Assembly: GCF_018977255.1 (NCBI RefSeq) | Contig: NW_024704742.1 | Span: forward strand, 116,376,001-116,440,000 | Direction: 5' to 3' | DNA length: 64,000 bases | DNA from: Callorhinchus milii | Taxonomy: Eukaryota | Shown: positions 1 to 10,533 of the stretch, in pieces | Layout of the letters: each line of letters begins with the position of its first letter | Numbering within the stretch: position 1 is the stretch's first letter | Notes under the pieces: generated by a model | The model's database searches: none | Seen by the model: the letters and a program-made list of their open reading frames with translations, nothing else | Told to the model about the DNA's origin: nothing | Program-made: the position numbers and the translations under genes

Positions 1-327
1 GGTATTGAGGCCAATTGTAGCTTTCCTACCACAATTCTGGCTGAGAGCAGCTAAAAAAACAATCTCGATAAACGAGACTGGGAGATGAGTCGGGATGGAA
101 GGTGGTCTTGCTCCCAGCCTTTTTTCCCAGTTCCGCTACTTGGAGCTGGAGCAACATAATCAGGGTAAATATTGACAAGTGTGTTAACCTGCTCTTGTGC
201 CTCAGTCACCCCTGCACCCTCAATAAATAATTCACACAGGGGATGGCACCTTGATGTGAATTTCACTCTGTTTACGCTAGTTTCTGTTGTCACCTTTTTA
301 CACTGCAATCTGCTGTGATAGCTTTAC

Positions 328-509
328 CTTTCCCACTGCTCCCAGACCTTTCTTAGTTGTGTTTGGTTCTGAGTGATGGGTATGTTTTAGACGCAGCTTG
401 AACAGATGAAAGCATTTTTTGATCCCTTTAAAAGCTCTGAGGTTGTAAGGGACCTGTGCCTGATACTGTCATCGTATGGTTTCTTCTGGGTCTGGGTCAT
501 TTCATCCTC
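328..509 (-). pseudogene. Pseudo-exon EDEMTQTQKKPYDDSIRHRSLTTSELLKGSKNAFICSSCV*NIPITQNQTQLRKVWEQWE
   Basis: Acceptor tttccttactgcag, donor AG|gtaaag. One in-frame TAA at 389-387, after which the frame continues to a W-repeat motif. Confidence 0.6.
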
Positions 510-1034
510 CTGCAGTAAGGAAATACTCTGCTCTATTTAGTTATAAACAAAATGTATTTCGTAAACAATGGCTCAGCTAAGTCTGGCATTAGGTGTTAGA
601 TGTGACGCCTGAGATTCCACTTCGACCTAACATATTTTTCTTAGCCTTTCAGAGTATCCAGAACATTGCAAAGTTCTTAAATTTAATCTCTTAACTGCAG
701 AACTGCAGAAAAACGACTTGCAAATGCTAAATTGAACCATTTTCCACAGTTCTGGGCCATCTTAAAATTTTAAGACAAAGCTATCTTAAATCACAAAAAA
801 TGTGATGTCAGCAACGCTTCCTGCAATTGCACAGCTCACTGGTTGTGACATCAGTGGTGCCCTTTCCATCTGGGAGTCAATCAGCCATTTGTTAGCAGGG
901 GAAGCTGAATATGTGCAACTCACAGGAAGTAAGTCAAGTGCTCTGGGACAACACCCTGCATGAGCGGCGCTATATAAATGCGAGTTGTTGTTGTTGAAGT
1001 GACGTCAGCAACCTGGTTGACTCAGACATCGGTC

Positions 1035-1412
1035 ATTTGAACTCTGCAGCAGATCATTCTGAACTCTGCAGCCCATGTCCTCTCCCGCACCAGATTCCGT
1101 GTTCCGGCCTCTTCACATCCCCTGCCTCGCTCGCCCCACTATTGGTGGGCAGGCCTACTGCCACTCTGCCACCGCCCTCTGGAACTCCATCCTGCAGCCC
1201 CTCCACCTCACCCCCTCCCTTGCCACCTACAAGACCCGTATCAAAACCCTCCTTTTCAACCATGCGTTTGATCTCCCTGCTTCTCCCCCTGTCTTGCACC
1301 CTCCCCGATCCCGAACCGCAGCTCGGGTCCGAAACTCTGACTGTTCAACGCCTTAGAACCTCCTCCCGACGTGAAAGGCGCTATACAAATGTCATTTTGT
1401 TGTTGTTGTTGT
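1035..1412 (+). mobile_element. L2-clade LINE 3' fragment
   Basis: C-terminal ORF2 remnant (LWNSI..YKTRIKTLLF), 3' stem-loop and (TTG)n tail. Confidence 0.85.
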
Positions 1413-1713
1413 GTGACCATCCTCAACCTCAACAAAGGAATTCACAATTCTTGTGTTGATGTCATTCTGCTTTCAGAAACTGCTTCCAAACACTCAATGA
1501 GAATAAGATTTATGATTGGTTTGGTTTAAAAATGCGATCGATTTTTATGTATCCCAGTCTGAAAATAAACACAGCTCGACATGTTTAAATGGGTTTGTGG
1601 CCTGTCTCCCTCTTTTGACCATGAATCTCACTTTGAAATAAATGTCGCTGACAGAATACTTGATAGGTAATTTATAGTGCTGCACAGGATGATTAAATAC
1701 CTTTATCACTCAC

Positions 1714-1791
1714 TTGGGTCATTCTTACATGTTGGGAATAAAACAAGATTGCGTGATTATCCATGATGTTGCCGAACGCTATCTTAAAAGC
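1714..1791 (-). pseudogene. Pseudo-exon AFKIAFGNIMDNHAILFYSQHVRMTQ (78 nt, phase 0-0)
   Basis: atatcag| acceptor and CAA|gtgagt donor; open frame; phase compatible with flanking exons. Confidence 0.5.
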
Positions 1792-2284
1792 CTGATATCA
1801 CCAATTGGTTTGCAAACAGATATTTATTTGTTTCTAATTTCTGCCCCTTTCTCCTCCACATATTCATGTGAGAACTGAAAACTTAACCCCACAGTAATTA
1901 CTGTAAGGTGCTTTGAGACGTTTCAACATACTAGTTCTTTCTAATCTGTGTTTCTTCATGGAATTTCTTAAAAATAAATCTGAGTTGCGCATATAGGGAA
2001 ATAAACATAAACTCAACTACGATGTGATCAACCTGTGAAGCTCAATGTCCCAATGTGGGGCTTGAACCCACAACCCTCTGACTCAGAGGTGAGCGTGCAA
2101 CCATCTGAGCCAGGCTAACTTGTCATAAAATATCACAAATTAGATAGTTGCATGTGTGCTAGCAGTCTTACTGTACCACACACAAGTACCCACTCATTAT
2201 ACGTGAAGCTAGACCGTGTCCAAAGGTTTAGAGTCATCATAGCTAACCGCGATCAGGCAATCTTCACACAACTTGGGGAGGACA

Positions 2285-2400
2285 AGTTTTCAGGGCGGGG
2301 GAGTGAGATTGAATTGGATAGTTCTTTTCAAAGAGCCGGCACAAACACGATGGGCCGAATGGCCTCCTTCTGTGCTGTATAATTCTATGATTCTATGATG
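2285..2400 (+). mobile_element. CR1-clade LINE 3' end
   Basis: gatgggccgaatggcctccttctgtgctgt followed by an (ATTCTATG)n tail. Confidence 0.85.
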
Positions 2401-2409
2401 TTTACTTTT

Positions 2410-2570
2410 CATCAGGGTCACCAGATGGCGATCAGGAGCAAGAAACCTGTCCGATTTTTCCCTTCCTCACATCGGGGCACTGAAGCCAATTGTAGCTTTC
2501 CTACCACCACCTGCCTGAGATCAACTAACATGGACTGAACTGTGAGATTTTCTGGCCTGTATGATTAAGT
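2410..2570 (-). mobile_element. LF-SINE-like fragment
   Basis: Reverse complement contains gttgatctcagg...ctacaattggcttcagtgccc...aaaaatcggacagg, resembling the LF-SINE body; similar piece at 1-52. Confidence 0.6.
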
Positions 2571-3628
2571 TGTGCCTTGTTGGAGGTATCGGCTCTTCGG
2601 ATGGACATTAAAGGTCCCGTGATATTATTCAAATAGAGAGAAGAATTTCTTCTAGTGTCCTGGCCAACAGTCCTTCAGAATAATTGCTCATTCACCTCAT
2701 GGCTGCTTGTGGGACTTTGCTGGTGCCAATAGTTGCTGCATTTGCTTACAAAAAGAGCCTTGACAGTAATTACTTGTGAAGTGCTTTGAGATGTTTCAAA
2801 GTGATAAGGCAGGATAAAAATACTTTATTTTCTTTTTCATCCAAATGGTTAATTTACTTACTGAGCAATTTGAGAGAGAACTTGAAAACACCCAATAATA
2901 ATGACTATTTCTTGTCTAAGTAACAATATTATTCTGCCACCCATGTGCTCATTTGCCTTCCCCTACACGTGCAGTCAAAATGTGCGCTGAAATTGGAGGC
3001 AAGATTTTTATTTTACAAGGAAACAAAGTTCAATAATGAGAGCACAGTTTTCAAAACCACGCACAAAGCAATGTGGTTCAGCCGCATTAAAGTAGATGTT
3101 CTCATTTGAATCTCCAGTCAGTTTCTCTGCCTCGAGGAAAGCTATGCACTTGTGCTGATAATTGGATGCTATGCAGCACATAAATCAGGTCAGGTCAAAG
3201 GTGAATGCAAGTGCTGAGATTGCATTCAGTTTGGATCAGTTTCATCTGAGCAGGGCAATAGGAAGCGGAGGAGTGATTTGCGTCACTGTCTCTGGAATGT
3301 GAGTCTCTTTACTTCAGTAACAGTTCTCAGGCCATCTCACCAGCTATCCCATTATATACAGAGTAATAACTACCAGAACAGGCATAAGCCAGTGACACTT
3401 GTAGATTTTAGATAATCCAACATACTCCAAAGAGTTTAAATTCATCTGAACCTAATCACTGCACACTGAATCTTCCCTTACCTTTATCTATATCCCATAA
3501 CCCCACAATCATTAAATGTATAAGTTTCCGCTTTCCACATTGTCTCACAATCATTCAGAGCTCACTCAAATCCCTGTCTTATGTTACATTCTGATTTATT
3601 TCCAGTTGGCAGATTTATTTGACTTTAC

Positions 3629-3946
3629 CTTCCTTGCCTCTTTGAAGACTTCCCCAGGCTGGAGACCTCTGACCTGCTCCCAAGCTTCTGCCAGTGCTGC
3701 TCTTGAGCTAAAAGCCGGAGGAAGCCTGGAGCAGGCAGGACCTCTCACTCCCTCACTTCCTCTATCTCTGTGTGAGGTAAGGTTCGGCCTTTGCTCTGTG
3801 CCCTCTCGGGGTCTGGGCTGGTCAGGATCAGATACTTACTGAGTTTATAATCACCAGCACATGTGTTCTCCTTTTCTGTAGTTCACTAGTTTGGAGACTA
3901 ATGTCCTGTGTCACCCCAACACCCACACCAACTGGTGCCTTAATAT
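3629..3946 (-). pseudogene. Pseudo-exon DIKAPVGVGVGVTQDISLQTSELQKRRTHVLVIINS / DPDQPRP...SRAALAEAWEQVRGLQPGEVFKEARK
   Basis: ttattatgctag acceptor, AAG|gtaaag donor. Two open segments offset by a frameshift near 3835; an internal gtaagt donor follows 3840. Confidence 0.55.
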
Positions 3947-4099
3947 CTAGCATAATAAAATATAATAATAATCCTTGCATTTGATATAGCGCCTTATCAC
4001 ATCAACAACAACAACTTAGATTTATACAACGCCGTTCATGCTGGGTTGTGTTTCGGAGCGCTTTGAGACATTGTGATTTACAGGATATATCATAAAATG

Positions 4100-4352
4100 T
4101 AGTGACTATATTTGTAGCCAAGATATAGCAAAGGCAACCTTAGCAGAAATGTCAGATATTTACCCAAGTCCAAAAAGGAGAAAGGTAGGCAGAGATCTAA
4201 GATTTCATTAATATGTGAGTATCTCAGTTAGATAATTATTTGGGGAGAGAACGGGGGAGTGGGATTGATTTGGAAGCTCTTTTCAAGGAACCAGCACAGA
4301 CACGATGGGCCGAATGGCCTGCTTCTGTGCTGTATGATTCTATGATTCTATG
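4100..4352 (+). mobile_element. CR1 3' end
   Basis: CR1 3' UTR motif and ATTCTATG repeats. Confidence 0.75.
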
Positions 4353-4354
4353 AT

Positions 4355-4952
4355 ATCTGACTCAATTCAATAAAAACAAAAGTAGTTTTGCTACTTCTTC
4401 CTCGCAGATATTCAAAACAGTGTGCGGCACTGTTGGGGTTTATATAATGCAAGCTGTGTTTGTCACTCCTTGAGATGTTTGAACGATAATAATAATAATA
4501 ATAATAATCCTTGCATTTGATACAGCGCTTTTCACGTCGGGAGGACGTCCCAAAGCGCTTCACAGAACACACTGTAAAGTGAATTGACTGTATATTTGTG
4601 GGCGAACGCGGCAGCCAATTGCGCACAGCAATGTCCCACAAACAGTCGTAGATTGAAAATGACCAATTTATTATTGTTTTTTGTTTTTGGAGGGATTATT
4701 ATTATGTGCTACAGCAGCATTCTGTGAAATCTGTTTACATGCTTGTTTTATTCAACCACTACCGGAAGGTCCCAGTGTTTGATTCCTGAGTCTAGACTGC
4801 TTTTACATGTCCTCTCCTGCGCATTGCGGACTATGACTCGGAAATGGAGGTTTTGTGGCCCTTTCTATGTTTCCATTGCTTTCTTTTGGTGCATTTATTC
4901 GAGAAGTAGGTTAAGCAACAAGGTGGATGCTACACATCATAGGCTTAAACAC
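4355..4952 (-). pseudogene. Pseudo-exon CLSL*CVAST...QKKAMET*K...HVNRFHRMLL*H-[SINE]-SFKHLKE*QTQL
   Basis: ttttttgattgacag acceptor; stops at expected Trp positions; split by a young SINE at 4487-4703. Confidence 0.6.
4487..4703 (-). mobile_element. Young L2-tailed SINE, 5'-truncated
   Basis: Near-identical to 59893-60218 and 46080-46405; (ATT)n tail. Confidence 0.9.
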
Positions 4953-5049
4953 CTGTCAATCAAAAAAGCACAATGGTAGAGTGTGTCACCACTTTAATTT
5001 GCTGCCGGATACACATTTTCATTTGTTGCTCACTGTGGAGCTAACAGCA

Positions 5050-5880
5050 GACAACAACATGCATTTTTATAGAACCCTTCATGAAGGTTAGTGTCTCAAG
5101 AGCCTGTTGCTGAGCCTGGCAGAAGTGACCCTTGGATCGGTCAAAGAGGAAGATCTTCAGGTGTGACCTGAATATAGAGAGGGAGAGGAGGCAAAGCAGA
5201 GGGATTGAAGTAGAGAGTTCCAAAGTTTTGGAGTGTAGTGGCTGAAAGCACAGTTGATGATGGTGGAGTGGAGGGGCTGAGGGACAAGCAGGAGGCTGAA
5301 GCCAGCTGAGCGGAAGTGGAGGTAGTGGAGCGAAGAGTAAGCAGGTCAGAAAGGTAGCAAGTTGCCAGGACGTGAAGCAATTTGTGGACAAGCATGAGGA
5401 TCTTGAAGTCGATCCATTCTGTGATAGGAAGCCAGTGGAGCCTGGCAAGGACTGGTGTAATGGGGGTATGGTTTGGTGTGAGTCACTCTACAGGAGTTTT
5501 GAATTAATTGAGTTTTGTTGATAGTGGAGCAATTGATAGTGGCATTGGAAAAATCGAGACGAGAAGTGACGAAAGTTGGATGAGGTTTTCGGCTGCTCTG
5601 TGCGTGAGGTATGGTCGGAGGCGGTAATGTGACGGAGGAAAGCGTTCCTGGTCAGGGACCAGATGTGGGGTAGGAGGGTACAGCTGGGGATCAAATGTGC
5701 TGCCTGGGTGAAACTCGGGTTTGATAAGTCTGAGGGATAGGCCGGGTAGGTTGAGGAGATAAATGCCACCCTGTCTCCACCTCGGTTGGGACTGGTTGGG
5801 GGGGGTTGGGGAATGGAAGATGCAACTCAGGTGGGGAGGCTTCAATGAGGGGGTGCTCACTTCTGGTCCAGCAGGTTGTT
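5050..5880 (-). mobile_element. Old L2 ORF2 3' fragment
   Basis: Decayed RT C-terminus ([17 protein letters not shown]). Confidence 0.75.
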
Positions 5881-5999
5881 GTTTGGGGTGTCCTCACCTC
5901 TGATTAGCCGATGGACCTGTCAGTCATGCAAACATCTCACCTGTCTTTAACAACCTTTAACTCAATTTTACTCAACCCCCACCAGAGAAAAGGAGAGGC

Positions 6000-7231
6000 A
6001 AGATCATGAATGGATTTAAAAATCTGAATGACAAACTTTTAAGTCAATCCGTGACCGATTGATAGGATTCTTCCAAAGCATCAGAAGTAAATTGTAGGAT
6101 TCTTGTGAGTCAGCTGCAATGTGCTTTTGCTGGTAACTATGATGTACTTTAGTGGTAGTCACTAAAATTAATCTCACTGAGGGTGTTGCATTAATAACCC
6201 CAATATTTCTCAAGAAGAGGATGAATGTAGTGACCTGCCCTCTGCATATTGTCAGTGATGTTGCTTAGGGAAGTTTCTCCTCTTACAGAGATCTCAACCA
6301 TGCTCTCAACCTCAGCAAGCTTGAGATCAGGAAGTTACTTGTGGAATTGCAGTGGACTTATTCCCAGAAGTCTCATCATGTCACCACTCATTAGCCTTCT
6401 CTTTATCTTACGGAAGATGAAACATGCCTTGAAATAGCTGATAAAAATGGTTCCTGACAAAGCAACATGGATGAAAGACAGAAAAGGCGGAAAGCGTGTC
6501 AAGACTCATTGCATATTTTGTCTAAATTTATACCTTGAGAGCCAATTAGTTCCTTTGATTTATCTAGCCGTCAGGAAAGTGATGCCACTCTTTCTGCTTC
6601 AAGTTGATTCAGAAAATTGGAGCTGTTGCAAGAACTTGGAAAATGCATTTTATAAGCACAAGCAGGATAATACACGTTTGCCAGGTTTTCTGATGTAACC
6701 TTCATGCAGTGTCATTAGCCTGAAGCTGCCCATGTTCTTTTGTGCTTAAAGCAGCCTCAATCTTAACTACCTATGGATCACTGAAATGCGTTTGATCACT
6801 CTGGTTTCTTGATGCGCCTATCCCATTAAATCAATGCGATTGATAGCCAAATGATACATGCATGGATCTTCTGGTAAGCAGCCACCCCACAAAATATACA
6901 GTCAATTCACTTTACGTTATATTCTGTGAAGCGATTTGAGAAGTTTCAGCCACATGATAAGGTCGGATACCAAATGCAAGGATTATTATTATTCTGCTCA
7001 GCCTGGGTGCTTGGTTGTGCTCATTTTATTATAAGAGTAACATTCCTTCCTTTTAAGACAATTTTTCTGATCATGTCTCGGTATCCCATGGACCATTCAA
7101 TCCTGAGATTGTAGTGGGCTGCCTGTAGGTTGCAAGAAGAAGGAGGAATGATAAGGAACCCAGCAAAGAGAAGATGTACATTCATGAGTTGAGAGCGTAT
7201 TGGAGAAGTGAAAGTGAAACATTCCCAAAGT
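6000..7231 (-). pseudogene. Large pseudo-exon LWECFTFTSPIRSQL... / AGHYIHPLLEKYWGY*CN / YQQKHIAADSQESYNLLLMLWKN
   Basis: ccattccctctgtttag acceptor; W-repeat remnants; interrupted by a SINE fragment at ~6877-6995. Confidence 0.5.
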
Positions 7232-7829
7232 CTAAACAGAGGGAATGGTAGGAATGGAGTGTATGGGATCAACATTCAAAGTCAAAGTGATGGACCGTCA
7301 ATAAAATATGCATAACATTGTAATCTCCAGGCACACTGTTATAGATGAGAGTTGTAAACAATAAGAAGTGAATACTTCTATCATTGGCATGTAAAAATTA
7401 TATTTTGGCTTCAATGTAGTTCACTATAAAGGCTGCAAATCAAAATGGCGCTTAGTAATAAAGGATTCTCAAATGCGGTGCCTGTCTTTCACATGTTCTT
7501 GTGTATGGTGTTTAATATTTTAACATATTTAAATATACCCTGAGTTATATACAAATTGTAGAGAATTATCCTTCAATATCAATTAGGAACGTTATAGAAA
7601 TATTTAATGTTTAGAAAGGAGTTTCTCTATTTCAAGACATTTTTCATCCTCCTGGTGACCTGGTCAACAATCCTCAAATAAAATTGGTCATTCATTCCAT
7701 GGCTGTTTGTGAGACATGCTGCGCATAAATTGGCTGTCATGTTTGCCAACAAAATACACACAGCCACATCACTTTACAATATATCCTGTGAAGTGCATTT
7801 GGAGACTTTGCAACAATGTGATAAAAGAG

Positions 7830-8545
7830 CTTGGCTCAAAGTGACAAATGATATTTTGTCCATCTGTGACCAGGGCTCACTCTGCCTCCTCATCCTCCTT
7901 GACCTCTCTGCCTTCGATACCATCGGCCACTCTATCCTCCTCCACCACCTCTCTTCTCACCTCAACCTTCACAGTTCTGGCCTTGAATGGTTCAGATCCT
8001 ACCTCTCACACCGTATCCACTTCATCTCCACAAACGGCTTCTCCTCTAGCCCCCGCACCGTCTCGTGCGCCGTTCCTCAGGGCTCTGTGTTTGGTCCCCT
8101 CCTCTTCAGTATCTATATGCTCCCTCTTGGTGACATCATCTGCAGACATGGGGTCAATTTCCACATGTACACGGATGACACCCAACTTTATCTCTCTGCC
8201 CCCACCCTCACCTCCAGGATCACTCCTGTCCTGATAGAATGTCTGTCAGACATCAAGTCCTGGATGAGAGCAAACTTTCTTCAGTTGAACGTCAACAAGA
8301 ACGAGGCCCTCCTGATTGGTTTCCGTCAGCGCCTCCACACCTCAGGTGTTAGGGGTGAGCAAGGCCATGGAGGGCTTTGAAGGTGAGTACCAGGATCTTG
8401 AAGTGTATCCTCTGTGTGATGGGAAACCAGTGGAATCAGGCGAGGATGCAGGTGATAGGGTCACGGAGCCTGGTGTGGGAGAGGCGCCTTTCACATCCTC
8501 CCGACGTGAAAGGTGCTATACAAATATAATTTGTTGTTGTTGCTG
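7830..8545 (+). mobile_element. L2 RT fragment with internal inversion and 3' tail
   Basis: LLDLSAFDTI, VPQGSVFGPLLF and YTDDTQLY motifs; 8347-8485 is antisense; tail at 8485-8545. Confidence 0.9.
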
Positions 8546-8892
8546 ATGATAAGTTGTTATATCAGATGCAAGGATTATCATTATAATGTGATTTGGCACA
8601 GAACAGAGGTGTTGCTGGAGCTCATTCTTGTTGATTGATGATCCATTGTGTTTGGACACTCATTGTAGATTCTGCCTATTATCTAAATGTCAGGCATGAA
8701 TCAGGTTGCCCTAAATCTGTCCTCATTATTAAATCCAGGTCCAAGATTGACAAAAGCATCAATTGCAATGAAAACTTGATAATGTTAGAAAATTAACTGT
8801 AACTTAATTCTTAATACCCCCAACAATTGATCTAGTCAGTGTTTCTAAACCACTTTACCCCTCCAGAATGAAATCCTGCAAATAATATCGAT

Positions 8893-9035
8893 AACAACAA
8901 AAGCCAAAGTACTGCAGATGCTGGAAATCTGAAATAAACACAGAAGTCACTGGGAACACGCAGCAGGTCAGGCAGCATCCATGGAGAGAGGAAAATGAGT
9001 TAACGTTTCTGGTCAATGACCTTTTGTCAGAACTC
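8893..9035 (-). mobile_element. Penelope-like element terminal fragment with degenerate hammerhead core
   Basis: Minus strand gagttctgacaaaaggtcattgaccagaaacgttaactc...gatgctgcctgacctgctg...ccagcatctgcagta. Confidence 0.7.
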
Positions 9036-9044
9036 AATAACAAC

Positions 9045-9410
9045 AGGAGATGAGCCCCATCCTTGAGGGAGAGGAGGAGTCTGGAGTTGGCATGAGTAAC
9101 TGAATACCAGGAACTGATGATCATTTAGCTGTAACTTGTTTAAGACATGTTATGGCTTTTGTGCTCATCTGCTCTTTTAATGAACCGTTCAGGTCAAGAT
9201 AGAGGGCAAGATAGATACTTGGATAGCACATGGTGGGGCACTAAGCACAGAGAAAGGAGAGTGGGACGTGTGGCTTACAGCAAGGTACCATCAGACAGGG
9301 TTTCTGGAGGTGCAACTGCAACGTGTTCCTCGGGTAAGTTGAGGGTTCAGTGTTCTGAGACAGTATCCTACATGAAGGACTCAACAAGTTGTTGTCAGGG
9401 TCAAGCCCAA
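9045..9410 (-). pseudogene. Decayed coding block HHVLSKYLSCPLS*PERFIKRADEHK...MIISSWYSVTH
   Basis: One frame with scattered stops and W-repeat-like motifs; abuts a Penelope-like fragment. Confidence 0.4.
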
Positions 9411-9569
9411 TGACCTCCGCCCCTTCCTCTCGCCCTCTACCCTGGGATACCCACTATCAGGAATCCCACTTCCTTGTCCTCTCACATGGATATTGGATGA
9501 ACTGAGTCAGGCTAATGAAAACACTAGTGTCATTTCAAGTGTCATTCCCAGAAGCATTCACCTTGAGGG

Positions 9570-9790
9570 GCTCTGCTGATGGCTCAGTTGGTAAAGTCAC
9601 TGCTTAGTGTGAAACTAATATCAAAAGATCAGGAAGGTTGAAGGTTAGATTCATGTTCTGTAATGTTAGCTGATCTTAGCTGGTGTTGTGCCTCACACTT
9701 GTGGGCTGGGGAATGGAAAGATCAGCCAGGATTCCTTCACCTCATTCCTATCCCGTGATTCCTGGTGAAAGGTAGGCAAATGTGAACAGC
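9570..9790 (+). mobile_element. LF-SINE-like copy with tRNA-like head
   Basis: ggctcagttggtaa head, gttagctgatcttagc and atcagccaggattcc motifs. Confidence 0.6.
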
Positions 9791-10403
9791 ACAAAGCATA
9801 AGTGATCACAATGTAAATGATATTGGGAATAATGATCTGCTGCATGTCAGCATCTGCAGTACTTTGCCTTTTGGAAATAAAGATGTCACATTGGTGTATT
9901 AGTATTATCCTGAGGCTACAGTTAAGTCATTGAGATTTAGGCCACTTGCAGGCTAAGATGGCCTACAAAATCTGACTGCCCAGACCCACATATGAAGAGT
10001 AGACAATTGATCGAGATACTGGACAATATGTAGCACCAATACAATTATATTCCAGTATAAGTCAGTGCCTTTATGAGAGACGGGAAAATATACTTTGACA
10101 GACTGTAAATGGAAATTTGAGTCTAAAAAAACATTTGAAATAGATAAATCAAAAGTAAAGACATAAATAATATGTGAGTTAAACTGCAATACGTAAACAA
10201 TGTATTTATGCCGCCGGTTGATTCCTTCAAAGAATGAAATCCAGACCATGCTTTTTCTCAGATTTTAAAACACCGAGATAAAAAGTGACCTAACTAAAAA
10301 AATGTCCACCCACTTCCTTCTATTCAAAAGAAAAAAAAGTGCTTTCAGAATGCTCTTATATCCATTTTACAACAAACAGACCTGTATTTATAAAACAAAT
10401 TAC

Positions 10404-10533
10404 CGGGGCTTTTGTGAGGAATGACAACTCTGGGGAATTTTTCCTCTTTGTATCCAGTGACAATATCAAGCACTCCCAGGTCAGACATGGCACAAGCTGG
10501 TTGAAAAGTATAGCCATACCAATGGGTCTTAAC
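10404..10533 (-). pseudogene. Open exon remnant VKTHWYGYTFQPACAMSDLGVLDIVTGYKEEKFPRVVIPHKSP (130 nt)
   Basis: tctgagtctaag acceptor, CCG|gtaatt donor, no stop; lies within ORF 10345..10593. Confidence 0.55.

Noticed and set aside
4348..4641. Recurring ORFs such as [18 protein letters not shown]...KCKDYYYY resembling a small gene family
   Set aside because: They are translations of the repeated SINE body and its (ATT)n tail.
6000..6870. Decayed hAT transposase or LINE fragment
   Set aside because: No DDE or RT motifs and no termini recognised; W-repeat remnants explain it better.
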